This document shows, one piece after another, positions 9,931 through 19,366 of a stretch of DNA of 64,000 bases. Source of the stretch: Acidobacteriota bacterium (GTDB lineage: Bacteria > Acidobacteriota > UBA890 > WLXD01). Positions within the stretch are counted from its first letter, which is position 1, and each line of letters begins with the position of its first letter. Both the position numbers and the translations under genes were made by a program. The DNA is taken from NCBI GenBank assembly GCA_965248695.1, contig CBDFKD010000002.1:4608001-4672000 (forward strand). The letters are read 5' to 3'. The notes beneath the pieces are model-generated. The model worked only from the letters and a program-made list of their open reading frames with translations. It searched no databases and had not been told where the DNA came from.

Positions 9931-10215
9931 ATGACGCTCACCAAGCGAGAGATCGCCCGCTCCATTCACGCGGCCGAGCCTGCGATCTCGATCAGTGAGG
10001 CGGTCACGCTGGTAGACAAGCTGTTCGTAGTCTTGGAGCGCCGCCTCGACCGCGGCGAGAAGGTCATGATCACCAACTTCGGCGTCTTCGAGGTGGTCGA
10101 CCGCGCCCGGCGCCGTGGCGTGAATCCGGCCACCGGCGACAGCATGCTCATCCCGGCTCACCGAGCGGTTTCCTTTCATCCGGCCCCGGCGCTGATCGAG
10201 TTGATCAATGGCTGA
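9931..10215 (+). CDS. Integration host factor alpha-like / HU family protein
   Basis: MTLTKREIA, ITNFGVFEV, GVNPATG; precedes MerR + tRNA-Pro as in the usual ihfA context. Confidence 0.9.
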   Translation: MTLTKREIARSIHAAEPAISISEAVTLVDKLFVVLERRLDRGEKVMITNFGVFEVVDRARRRGVNPATGDSMLIPAHRAVSFHPAPALIELING

Positions 10216-10567
10216 GTCCACCGCGGTCGCCACCGGCTACAGGAAGGGCTTCTATCGCATGGGTGAGGTGTGCAGCCTCACCGACCTCGAGAGCCACGTC
10301 CTGCGCTACTGGGAGCACGAGTTTCCGCAGCTGCGCCCGCGCAAGAGCCGCGGTGGTCAGCGCATGTATCGCCCCGACGACATCGAGCTCATCCTCCGCA
10401 TCCGCGACCTTTTACACCAGGAGGGATACACGATTGCCGGGGCCCGGCGGCGGCTGCGATCCGAGTCCGCACCCGCGGGCGAACCGGATTCGGCGGCGCT
10501 GCTGGAGGACGCCCGCCGCGAGATCGACGCGATCTTGACCCTGCTGGAGGCCAATGACAAGCTCTGA
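10208..10567 (+). CDS. MerR-family transcriptional regulator
   Basis: YRMGEVC..HVLRYWEHEFPQLRP.KSRGGQRMY..GYTIAGAR. Confidence 0.93.
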   Translation: MAESTAVATGYRKGFYRMGEVCSLTDLESHVLRYWEHEFPQLRPRKSRGGQRMYRPDDIELILRIRDLLHQEGYTIAGARRRLRSESAPAGEPDSAALLEDARREIDAILTLLEANDKL

Positions 10568-10599
10568 TCGGGGCGGTCAATTCGACGCCGACCCCGCAT

Positions 10600-10674
10600 C
10601 GGGACGTGGCGCAGCTTGGATAGCGCACCTGACTGGGGGTCAGGGGGTCGGGAGTTCAAATCTCCCCGTCCCGA
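10600..10674 (+). tRNA. tRNA-Pro(GGG)
   Basis: Cloverleaf CGGGACG...CGTCCCGA; anticodon loop CTGGGGG; T-loop TTCAAAT; CCA not encoded. Confidence 0.95.
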
Positions 10675-10690
10675 CTGAAGCTTTCTCGTT

Positions 10691-11491
10691 TTGACGACAT
10701 CGATTCTGGTCACCAACGACGACGGGATCCACTCGCCTGGGCTGCACGCTCTGGCAGACGCCCTGCGGCCTTTGGGCGAAGTGACGATCGTCGCCCCGGA
10801 TCGTGAGAAGAGCGCCGCCTCGCATGCGCTGACGCTGCACCGGCCGGTCACCGTTCGACAGCTGGAGCCGGGCGTCTACACCGCCGATGGGACGCCGGCC
10901 GACTGCGTGTACCTTGGCGCGCTGAGCGTGCTGGAGCGCAAGCCCGATCTGGTGGCGTCGGGCATCAATCGCGGCAGCAACATAGGCGACGACGTGACGT
11001 ACTCGGGCACGGTGGCGGCGGCACTGGAGGGGACGATCCTGGGGATCTCCTCGATTGCCATCTCGCAGGCGGCGGGCATGAACGATGAGCGCGGGCAACA
11101 CGGCGAGCTGGCGTTCTCCTGGGACACCTCGGCGCGGGCGGCGCGCCAGGTGGCGGAACAGGTGCTCAGCGAAGGATTGCCCGACGACATCCTGCTCAAC
11201 GTCAACGTGCCGGTCGATCCGGTGAAGGGCGTCCGCTGCACGCGCCAGGGCAAGCACCTCTACGATCAAGTATCACACCAGGTGGTCGATCCACGTGGGC
11301 GCATTTCCTACTGGGTCGGCAGCGGCGAGCCGCGAGAGATCGAGCAATCGGAGGACACCGATTACATGTCGGTGCGGCGCGGCTACGTGTCGATCACGCC
11401 TCTGCACCTGGACCTGACGCACCGGCAGTTTCTCGAGCGGATCCAGGGCGAATGGGAGTCGAGCCTCGACGCCCAGTTTCGCGTAGAGTGA
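10691..11491 (+). CDS. surE: 5'/3'-nucleotidase SurE
   Basis: ILVTNDDG, GTPADCV, SGINRGSNIG, YSGTVAAALEG, SITPLHLDLT. Confidence 0.96.
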   Translation: MTTSILVTNDDGIHSPGLHALADALRPLGEVTIVAPDREKSAASHALTLHRPVTVRQLEPGVYTADGTPADCVYLGALSVLERKPDLVASGINRGSNIGDDVTYSGTVAAALEGTILGISSIAISQAAGMNDERGQHGELAFSWDTSARAARQVAEQVLSEGLPDDILLNVNVPVDPVKGVRCTRQGKHLYDQVSHQVVDPRGRISYWVGSGEPREIEQSEDTDYMSVRRGYVSITPLHLDLTHRQFLERIQGEWESSLDAQFRVE

Positions 11492-11521
11492 GCCGCTTCG
11501 CGCCGACTGAGCCGTCCGCGC

Positions 11522-12523
11522 TCAGTCGTCCCCGAGTCGGGAGACCGCCACGGTGGCGAGGGTGCCACCCACAATGAGCGCCAGGCCGACGGCCGCCTGC
11601 CCCCCTGTGGGGCGGAAGGACTCGACGGGCCATTCGGTGCGGTCGATGTGCGGCAAGCTCTCCGGTGTCACCAGGAAACCCTTGAGGGTGGTTCCCAGTC
11701 CGGGCTCTACCGCCTGCTGGAAAGGCCAGAGACCCACCACCACGCCCGCGAGCAGGCCCAGCAGGACCCCCAGGGTCGCTGGTCGATAGCTCTCAAGCAG
11801 ATAGCGAAGCAGGTTGCTGATCGCCGCCACGCCGATCACGATCCCGAGCCCGACCGGTACGAACACCCGTAGCACCGGGTCTGCGAGTGCGGCGATGTCG
11901 GCGATCCGGAGCGCGTCGACGGCGCGTTCGATGGCGGTGAGGATGTGGACATACTGACCCAGCACCAGTAGCAGATACCCACCGCTGATCCCCGGCAGGA
12001 TCATCGAGGCGGCGCCCGCAGCGCCGGCGACCATTAGGGCCAGAAAGCCACCTCCGGTCCCACTCGCCGCCGCCACGCCGCGTTGCGCGATGCCGAGCGC
12101 CACCATGCTGCTGATCCCGGCCGCTACACCGAGCCAGAGCGCTGGCGACGCCGGTCGCGCGAGACGCCAGAGTGCCGGGATGCCGCCGAGCGTCAGTCCG
12201 ACGAACAGGGAGTACATCATCCATCGTTGATGCACGACCAGGTCTCTCACCGGGCCAGCGAGCACGGCGATACCCAGCGCGGCAGCCCCGCCGATGACCA
12301 ACACCATCAGAACGGACCGCCGCCGCCAGCGCAGCCGCGAGATATCGGCCACGGCGTCGATGAACTCACCGTAGACGCCTGTAGCCAGCAGCATCGTCCC
12401 ACCGCTGATTCCGGGTACCAGATTAGCGACCCCCATGAGCACGCCCCCGATGACGGCGCGAGCCGTTCGGATGCCCGCAGAGGGGCTGAGGGAAGCAGCG
12501 CGGGGAGGCGCATTGTCGGTCAT
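11522..12523 (-). CDS. DUF368 membrane protein (putative undecaprenyl-phosphate translocase)
   Basis: Duplicated motif GVANLVPGISGGT / SMILPGISGG; multi-TM. Confidence 0.88.
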   Translation of the reverse strand: MTDNAPPRAASLSPSAGIRTARAVIGGVLMGVANLVPGISGGTMLLATGVYGEFIDAVADISRLRWRRRSVLMVLVIGGAAALGIAVLAGPVRDLVVHQRWMMYSLFVGLTLGGIPALWRLARPASPALWLGVAAGISSMVALGIAQRGVAAASGTGGGFLALMVAGAAGAASMILPGISGGYLLLVLGQYVHILTAIERAVDALRIADIAALADPVLRVFVPVGLGIVIGVAAISNLLRYLLESYRPATLGVLLGLLAGVVVGLWPFQQAVEPGLGTTLKGFLVTPESLPHIDRTEWPVESFRPTGGQAAVGLALIVGGTLATVAVSRLGDD

Positions 12524-12564
12524 TCGTCCATGCTACACTCGCGTTTCGTCTGGGGTTTTCGTGT

Positions 12565-12642
12565 CGGGGCGTAGCGCAGCTTGGATAGCGCGCACGGTTC
12601 GGGTCCGTGAGGTCGGGAGTTCAAATCTCCCCGCCCCGACCA
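12565..12642 (+). tRNA. tRNA-Pro(CGG)
   Basis: CGGGGCG...CGCCCCGACCA; anticodon stem CACGG/CCGTG with loop TTCGGGT. Confidence 0.96.
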
Positions 12643-12695
12643 TCTTTTCCTACTGACGCGGCAGTCGTCGCGCTGTGCTCATCGGTTGCTTATCG

Positions 12696-13229
12696 ATGGA
12701 CCTCTCCGCCACCGAGCTGCGGCTGCGGGAACTGATCCGCGATGTTCCCGATTTCCCGACGCCCGGGATCGTCTTCAAGGACATCACCACGCTGCTGACG
12801 GACGGCGAGGCGTTCCGCGACGCCGTGCGGGCGATGTGCATGCCCTTTCGCGCTGAACGGCCGGAGATTCTCATGGCCATCGAGTCGCGCGGCTTCCCGT
12901 TCGGTGCCGCCATGGCCTTGGAGCTCGGTTGTGGGATCGCGCTGGTGCGCAAGCCCGGACGGCTGCCCGCGGCAACCGAGCGCGTCCACTACGACCTCGA
13001 GTACGGCTCCGACAGCCTCGAGATCCATCGTGATGCGTTGCAGCCTGGTCAGCGCGTCCTGGTCGTGGATGATCTTCTTGCCACCGGCGGCACGGCGCGG
13101 GCAACCGTCGAGCTCGCCCGTCGACTCGAGGCCGAGGTGCTGGGAGTGACCGTGCTCATCGAGCTCACATTCCTCGACGGTCGTCAGCGGCTCGACGGTA
13201 TCGACCTGCACTCCGTTCTGAAGTATTGA
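12696..13229 (+). CDS. apt: Adenine phosphoribosyltransferase
   Basis: DFPTPGIVFKDITT, ESRGF, RKPGRLP, VVDDLLATGGT PRPP motif. Confidence 0.96.
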   Translation: MDLSATELRLRELIRDVPDFPTPGIVFKDITTLLTDGEAFRDAVRAMCMPFRAERPEILMAIESRGFPFGAAMALELGCGIALVRKPGRLPAATERVHYDLEYGSDSLEIHRDALQPGQRVLVVDDLLATGGTARATVELARRLEAEVLGVTVLIELTFLDGRQRLDGIDLHSVLKY

Positions 13230-14602
13230 CCGCTACCGACGACGACGGGGAGCTCTCGCCAGCTCGCCGTGCTCACCGGTCGGACGGGCGCCGGATACTC
13301 GACGCGGCGATCGGTGCGGTCGACGGCGAGAGAATCGTCGAGGAGCAGCTCACGCTACTCGATGACCCGGACGGAGGCTCCCCGTGGGTGCGCGCCGGGA
13401 GCCACTCGATGCGGCTCCCTTCCGGGCAGCTGTTCGTTGTCGCGGCCGGCAAGGCAGCGGTGCCAATGGCGGCGGCGGCGGAGCGTGTCTTCGGGTCCCG
13501 CATCGCCGACGGAGTGGCGATCACCAACGAGGTCGACGCGATGCCGCTGGAGCGGCTGCGGGTACGCCAGGCGCGGCATCCCATTCCCGACGTTCGCGGG
13601 GTACGCGCAACCGACGAGTTGCTGCGCCTGGTCGGCTCAGCAGGCGTCGACGATCTCGTCGTCTGTCTGATCTCCGGCGGAGCGTCGGCGCTCATGGTAC
13701 GTCCGGCAGAGGGGGTCGAGTTGGAGCAGTTACAGCGAACTACGGAGAAGCTGCTTGCCTCCGGGGCACCGATCGACGACGTCAACGCCGTCCGCAAGCA
13801 CCTTTCCGCCGTCAAGGGGGGACGACTTGCGGAGGCCGCCCATCCGGCCGCGTTGTTGACCCTGATGCTCTCTGACGTCGTCGGCAACCCGTTGACCGCG
13901 ATCGGGTCCGGACCCACCGTGCCAGACCCGACCAGCTTCGCGGATAGTCTCGCGGTGGTCGAGCGTCACGACCTGATCGACGAGCTGCCACCTCCCGTCC
14001 TGGATCGTCTTCGCCGCGGGGCGCGCGGGGAGATACCCGAAACGCCTGACGCCGATTCGTCGGTCTTTGCGCGGGTAACCAACCTGGTGATCGGTGACAA
14101 CACCCGTGCTCTGCAGGCGGCGGCGATCGAAGCTTCGCGGCTCGGGTACCGACCATTCATTCTGACGTCCCGGCTACAGGGCGAGGCCCGATCGGTCGGA
14201 CGACAGCTGGCCGCACTCGGTGCGTCGTGCATCGGCGGCGGGTCCGCTTGTCTGCTAACCGGCGGCGAGACGACCGTACAGGTGGTGGGTCGAGGCCGCG
14301 GCGGACGTAACCAGGAAGCGGCGCTGGCGGCGGCGCTGCAACTGGACGGCATTGCCGACGTGACCTTCGCGTCCGTGGGAACGGATGGCTGTGACGGCCC
14401 GACCGATGCAGCCGGCGCGTTCGCCGACGGAGCCACCGTGGGTCGCGGGCGAGCACGCGGGTTGGAGGCCGGCGAGTTCCTGTTGGACAACGACTCGTAT
14501 ACGTTCTTTGGAGCCCTGGGTGATCTGGTCCGTACTGGCCCGACGAGGACCAACGTGATGGATCTCCAGCTCGTCCTGGTGGGAGCGCAATCGCATGGCT
14601 GA
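13226..14602 (+). CDS. Glycerate kinase type 2 (DUF4147 + MOFRL)
   Basis: AGKAA, HPIPD, LISGGASAL, RKHLSAVKGG, GGETTV, GGRNQE, TGPTRTNVMD. Confidence 0.93.
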   Translation: MTATDDDGELSPARRAHRSDGRRILDAAIGAVDGERIVEEQLTLLDDPDGGSPWVRAGSHSMRLPSGQLFVVAAGKAAVPMAAAAERVFGSRIADGVAITNEVDAMPLERLRVRQARHPIPDVRGVRATDELLRLVGSAGVDDLVVCLISGGASALMVRPAEGVELEQLQRTTEKLLASGAPIDDVNAVRKHLSAVKGGRLAEAAHPAALLTLMLSDVVGNPLTAIGSGPTVPDPTSFADSLAVVERHDLIDELPPPVLDRLRRGARGEIPETPDADSSVFARVTNLVIGDNTRALQAAAIEASRLGYRPFILTSRLQGEARSVGRQLAALGASCIGGGSACLLTGGETTVQVVGRGRGGRNQEAALAAALQLDGIADVTFASVGTDGCDGPTDAAGAFADGATVGRGRARGLEAGEFLLDNDSYTFFGALGDLVRTGPTRTNVMDLQLVLVGAQSHG

Positions 14603-15383
14603 GGACCGTCGCACGGCCACCACGCTGGATCAGCTGGAGGCTGCGCGAGTCGCCGTCGAGACCGAGTATCTGGAGTGCATGCACGGGCTCGAAATCCACG
14701 CCGACGCGCTGCGTGCTGTCGTCGGTGATCTGGCGCTGCTGCCCACGGACCCCGAGGAACTGACGGCTGACGAAACGGACAGCGCTGCGCCCGCGGCAGC
14801 GACGATCGCCCTGTCTGCCGTCGAGCCGCCGCACGAAGTTGCGCTCGCCGCATTGACGCTGCCGACTGCTGGTCTCCGGGGCTGGCTCGTGGGCTGGTTG
14901 CTGGGCGACGTGCAGTCGGTCATCGACCAGCGCGAGGCTGCCGTCGAGGCCGCGATGGGCGAGCTGCGGGCCGACCTCGGTAGGTTGCGCGACGATGTCT
15001 CCGAGGTGCTGGAGCGCCTTCAGAAAGCCTCGACGGTCCGAATCGATAGCGCGATTGCGGGATTGCGCGCCACGCTGCAGCAACAGAAAGCCGCGCAGAC
15101 CGAAGCGTGTGACGAGGACTCTCGACGCTGGCGTGGCGTCGGCGAGGTTCTCGACCGCGTGGTGGAGGGCTTGACGCAGGCGACCCGTCTCAGCGAACGG
15201 CTTCGCGCTGTGGTCGACGCCAAGGACGCCGAGGGTCTACAACGCGCTGTGCAGGGGCCGGCGCTGCAGATCGAGGTGATCATCGACGAGCTCATGCGCC
15301 GCCAGGAAGCGCTGCTGGCGGAGCTCGTTGGCCGGCGGCAGGAGCTCGACGAGCTCGTCGCATCGGTGTCCAGGGGCGACTGA
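14595..15383 (+). CDS. Hypothetical helical/coiled-coil protein
   Basis: 262-aa ORF overlapping the upstream stop; Ala/Leu/Glu/Arg-rich heptads; no motif recognised. Confidence 0.6.
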   Translation: MAEDRRTATTLDQLEAARVAVETEYLECMHGLEIHADALRAVVGDLALLPTDPEELTADETDSAAPAAATIALSAVEPPHEVALAALTLPTAGLRGWLVGWLLGDVQSVIDQREAAVEAAMGELRADLGRLRDDVSEVLERLQKASTVRIDSAIAGLRATLQQQKAAQTEACDEDSRRWRGVGEVLDRVVEGLTQATRLSERLRAVVDAKDAEGLQRAVQGPALQIEVIIDELMRRQEALLAELVGRRQELDELVASVSRGD

Positions 15384-15428
15384 CCGCGGCCGGTACCGAC
15401 GCATCCGCACGTCAGCCAATCGGACGGC

Positions 15429-16100
15429 TCACCCCGCCGAGCCGCTTGGACCCTTGCGATCCGCGCCACGCGGGCGGTCGAGCAATCGGTCGATCTGATC
15501 GAGCGGGTCGGGGATGTCGGCGGCGAGCCGCGCGGCGAGGTGCGGTAGCCGATCGTGGCCCCAGAACAGCTCCTCGCCCAGGCGGCAGGTCGGCACTCCG
15601 AACACTCCTCGCTGGATCGCGTCCGTGGTCGATTGTCGTAGTCGATCCTTGGTCTGCTTTGCAGAGATTCCGACTTCCAGTAGGCTAGCGTCGAGGCCGA
15701 CCTCGGCCATCACCGCCGCCAGCGTGGTGAGATCGGCCAGGTCGCGGCCGTCTCCCCAGCAGGCGCGAGCTAACGCCGTGGCGAGTTCCAGACACCGCGG
15801 GTCTTCCAGGTGCAGGCACACGGTGCGTAACGCTTCCAGTGAGCGAAAGGGATGTGTCGGCGGACCGGCCAGGGGAACGCCGAGCAGTGACGCGCTGCGA
15901 CGCACATCGGCGAACGTGTAGCGGCGCTTGGCCTCGACCTCGACCGGACCGACGAGCCCAGTGTGGTTCAAGAGCACCGCGTAGACTACGGGTCGCGGCT
16001 GCCATTCAACTCCGTGGCAGCGGCCGAACTCGCGCGCCTGCGTCAGTAGCAGGTACGTGTAGGGTGAGACGAAGTCGAAGTAGAGCTCAACGGTTCTCAT
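15429..16100 (-). CDS. 2-hydroxychromene-2-carboxylate isomerase / DsbA-family (GST kappa-like) protein
   Basis: YFDFVSPYTY, GVFGVPT, ELFWGHDRL. Confidence 0.9.
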   Translation of the reverse strand: MRTVELYFDFVSPYTYLLLTQAREFGRCHGVEWQPRPVVYAVLLNHTGLVGPVEVEAKRRYTFADVRRSASLLGVPLAGPPTHPFRSLEALRTVCLHLEDPRCLELATALARACWGDGRDLADLTTLAAVMAEVGLDASLLEVGISAKQTKDRLRQSTTDAIQRGVFGVPTCRLGEELFWGHDRLPHLAARLAADIPDPLDQIDRLLDRPRGADRKGPSGSAG

Positions 16101-16126
16101 GCAATTGGCCTCATGCAATTGGCCTC
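16096..16126. repeat. 14-bp tandem duplication CTCATGCAATTGGC spanning RBS + start codon
   Basis: ctcatgcaattggc ctcatgcaattggc ctc read directly from the sequence. Confidence 0.85.
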
Positions 16127-16159
16127 GTCCGGCTGGCCGTATCACGTCCCCGCCGGCTG

Positions 16160-18469
16160 TCAGAGGTCATCGGGCGGCTCGTCCTGCTCGAGCGCCTGGC
16201 GCAGCCGCTCGCGTGCGGCCTCATCGCCGAACAACGTGGAATCTGTGTGCAGCAACTCGGCCACGACATCGTCGAGGCTGCGCTCGCTACGACGGCGCTG
16301 GTGCTCGCTGAGGTCACCGATAAACGGCCACAGGCGCACCCGGATGTCCGGTGGTAGCACTTGCTCGAGGTATTCCAGAGAGATGCTCTTGAGCTTGTCG
16401 TCGTCGAGAACGATGCCGTGAAACGCCGTTCGGATCGGGGCGGGCTCGAGAACCAGTGACAGGAGTCGGAACGTGTGCTCGAGCGAGAGCTCGCCGCGAC
16501 CATAAACGCGGTCGCTGATGAAGTCATCTGCGGTCGGGCGATCGTCGAGCAAGCGCTGCAGCTCCCAGATGGGTTGGTCTCGGCCGACCTCCGTCCGTAC
16601 GGCCCCCCAGACGCGGTCCTCGACATCGCGCTCGGCGATAGCTCGGGCTTTCTTGCGCCGCTGCGCCAGCGCCACGCCGCTGCGGTAGCGGATTTCGAAG
16701 CGGTCGCCGGCCAATCCATCCAGGAGCGCGTCGTCGGCGCGCGCCAGCTTGATCCCCGACAGAACGCGTGGGATACGGCGGCGAATGACGAAGTCGGCGG
16801 ACGGTTCCATCATCGTGGCCGCCAACGAATCGACCGCCTGGTCGGCCAGGCGTATCAGGATGCTGCCGGCTCGCCGGTAGAAGGCGTCGCGGGCCAGTAG
16901 CCGGGTCAGCGCGTCGACGTGCTCGACAGTCCAGTCATCGGCACCGTCGAGCGTTGCCGAGATGGTCTCGGGATCGCCTTCAGTTATGCAGTGGAGGGTG
17001 GTCGCGGCGCTCTGCTCCGATGCCTGCCCTGGCGTGCGTTTGGTCGCCTCTGGCAGTGTCAGACCGGACTGCGTGAGCGCCGCATTGAAGTCGAACTGTG
17101 TCACCGTCATGGTCATCTCACCGCCGGCGAATTGGGTCTGCACCAGGGCGTCCTCGATGCCCTCCTGCCCTTCCTGTAGCCGGTCGAGCAGGGTGCGGAA
17201 ATACTCCGCCCCCATGGCTCTGGCCAACAGCAGGAAGAGGCCTGCCGTGATCGCGACGACCGCGGCAAGGCCGCGCGACGGCAGCCCTGCGAAGACGACC
17301 CAGGCGAAGACGACCGCCGCGGCGGTACCCTCGGCGGCGCTATCCACAAACGAATCCACGAACGTCTTTGTCCGTCGTCGCTGGCTGGCGGGGACGGGAA
17401 CGTAGAGATACTCGAGCACCGAGCGATGCACCGATCTTCGCAGCGTGTTGTCGGTGCCCCGCACCACGGTGGCGGTGACCAGCCCGGGTAGCCAGAACAG
17501 AGCGGCGGAGCCGGTGAGGAGTGCGATCGGAAGCACGGCCAGGCTTACGCCGATACCGGCGGAGCTCAGCAGACGCGAGGCTACCAGCATCTGGATTGCA
17601 AGCGCCGCAACACCGCTGATGCCGTAGAAGGTGCCCAAGAAGGCCGCAAAATCCGTGTCGTCGGGATACGCAGCGGCAGCCGCCTCCTTGAACTGGTAGT
17701 CGATGAGGCCGGATGCGAAGGTGGCGACGGCGACGATCAGCGCCATCGTACGCAGATGTGGAGTGCGGACAACGAGCGCCAGACTTTCGGCGACTGCCGG
17801 GCTGTCGACGTCGCGCGGCGCCGAGTCGACGGTGGGCTCCGGCAGCAAGCGCAGCAACAGGAGCAGGGCCCCGAGCGCGGCGATCAGGCTCAGAACGAGC
17901 CCGGAGTTTCCCATGCCCGGGGAAGACGAAAGGCTCTCGAGGGTCCGGCCGACGGGACCCAGCGAAAGGCCGGCGACCATGGCGCCGAGCGTTCCACCCG
18001 CCCCGATCATCCCGAATAGTAGCTTCGCGTCGCGCAGCGCGAACTGCTCCGAGGTCACGACCCAGAACCCGGACGTGAGGAGGAGCGTTCCCAGCGCTGT
18101 GAAAACGTAGAAAGCGACCGTGGTGGCGCCGTCGACCGCGTCGGATGCCGACAGCGAGGTCAGGGCCCAGAGCACGAAGAGCCCGCCGATAAGGATCGAG
18201 ATCAGCATCTGGTAGACGGTCTCGGGCTCCTGGCGGGTCATCAGGCGACTGAACGCGCCGACAAGCGGCAGGCTCAGGAGCGCCGTGACGATGATCACGT
18301 AGGGGAGCGACTCGATCGAGAACTCGTCGATGAAGAACGCCTCGCGCAGCGAACGGGCGGCGATGCTGAACGCCATGACCAGGAACGCGCCCAGCGCGGA
18401 TACGGTGAACTTGCGGTGCTGGTGTGGTCGGATGTCCAACCAGCGCGCCAGCGCCAACAAGGGGCTCAT
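16160..18469 (-). CDS. Npt1/Npt2 (TLC ATP/ADP translocase-like) MFS transporter with C-terminal HEAT-like domain
   Basis: ~12 TM N-terminal half with FW..F..RDAK..FG, IDYQFK, LYVPVP...RTKTFVD; helical C-terminal domain. Confidence 0.8.
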   Translation of the reverse strand: MSPLLALARWLDIRPHQHRKFTVSALGAFLVMAFSIAARSLREAFFIDEFSIESLPYVIIVTALLSLPLVGAFSRLMTRQEPETVYQMLISILIGGLFVLWALTSLSASDAVDGATTVAFYVFTALGTLLLTSGFWVVTSEQFALRDAKLLFGMIGAGGTLGAMVAGLSLGPVGRTLESLSSSPGMGNSGLVLSLIAALGALLLLLRLLPEPTVDSAPRDVDSPAVAESLALVVRTPHLRTMALIVAVATFASGLIDYQFKEAAAAAYPDDTDFAAFLGTFYGISGVAALAIQMLVASRLLSSAGIGVSLAVLPIALLTGSAALFWLPGLVTATVVRGTDNTLRRSVHRSVLEYLYVPVPASQRRRTKTFVDSFVDSAAEGTAAAVVFAWVVFAGLPSRGLAAVVAITAGLFLLLARAMGAEYFRTLLDRLQEGQEGIEDALVQTQFAGGEMTMTVTQFDFNAALTQSGLTLPEATKRTPGQASEQSAATTLHCITEGDPETISATLDGADDWTVEHVDALTRLLARDAFYRRAGSILIRLADQAVDSLAATMMEPSADFVIRRRIPRVLSGIKLARADDALLDGLAGDRFEIRYRSGVALAQRRKKARAIAERDVEDRVWGAVRTEVGRDQPIWELQRLLDDRPTADDFISDRVYGRGELSLEHTFRLLSLVLEPAPIRTAFHGIVLDDDKLKSISLEYLEQVLPPDIRVRLWPFIGDLSEHQRRRSERSLDDVVAELLHTDSTLFGDEAARERLRQALEQDEPPDDL

Positions 18470-18669
18470 GGTGTCTGCGCTGGTGTTGCGATTCCGACGA
18501 TGGCACCGAGGCGAGCTTGCCAGCGATTCGGTGACGCGTCTTCGGGCACGTTTCCTCGCGCGGAGTGGCTCAGAGCCGATCCGTGGCGCGCGATTGTAGC
18601 ATCGGTCGTGGAGCCCGAGCGGGCGGTGCTAGACTCTTCTCAACGAGCCTGAGACGCGGGTAGGGAATC

Positions 18670-19281
18670 ATGGAAGAAGTTGATCAGCAGGTTGGCGCGA
18701 ACGGGACATCCGTCAGACTGACCGACAAGGCGATTGCGAAGGTCAGCGAGTTCGCCGCCGGACACGACGAGGCAGCGGGCAAGCATCTGCGGATCTATAT
18801 CCAAGGTGGTTCCAAGGCCTCCTACGAATATGGCTTCACGTTCGACGAGCGCCACAACGGTGACGAGGTGCTGCCGCAGGGTGATGTAGACCTGCTCGTC
18901 GACCGGTTCTCGCTCATGTACATGCTCGGTAGCCAGGTGGATTTCGTCGATGATGTGCGCGGCAGCGGCTTCGTGGTCGACAATCCCAACCTGCCGCCGC
19001 TGATGCAGAACCCGGTGGCTGCGAAGGTGCAGGAGATTCTGGAGGAGCGCATCAACCCGGGCGTCGCCAGCCATGGTGGATGGGTATCGCTGATCGACTA
19101 CGACGCGGGTCGCGTCTTCCTCAAGCTCGGCGGCGGGTGCCAGGGCTGCGGCATGGTCGACGTAACCCTCAAACAGGGTATCGAGCGGGTTCTGAAGGAC
19201 GAGATTCCCGACATCGTCGAAGTACTCGACACTACCGACCACGCGTCGGGGACGAACCCCTACTTCTCGGCCGCCAAGTAG
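18670..19281 (+). CDS. nfuA: Fe-S biogenesis protein NfuA (degenerate A-type domain + NifU C domain)
   Basis: VDRFSLMYMLGSQVDF..GF..DNPN, then INPGVASHGG and GGGCQGC. Confidence 0.88.
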   Translation: MEEVDQQVGANGTSVRLTDKAIAKVSEFAAGHDEAAGKHLRIYIQGGSKASYEYGFTFDERHNGDEVLPQGDVDLLVDRFSLMYMLGSQVDFVDDVRGSGFVVDNPNLPPLMQNPVAAKVQEILEERINPGVASHGGWVSLIDYDAGRVFLKLGGGCQGCGMVDVTLKQGIERVLKDEIPDIVEVLDTTDHASGTNPYFSAAK

Positions 19282-19366
19282 GCCCCGGCGGGGGCCGCTG
19301 GTCGACGGCAAGGCCGCGCCGGTCGCCGATCTCGATGTCCACTGTCGACCGAGAGGCCCGAGGACC

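Noticed and set aside
10600-12642. Two similar tRNA-Pro sequences flanking surE/DUF368 as att sites
   Set aside because: Both are complete tRNAs with different anticodons (GGG, CGG), and the enclosed genes are housekeeping.
18670-19000. Missing Cys residues in the A-type domain as a sign of selenocysteine recoding or decay
   Set aside because: There is no in-frame TGA, and a Cys-less A-type domain is normal for NfuA.
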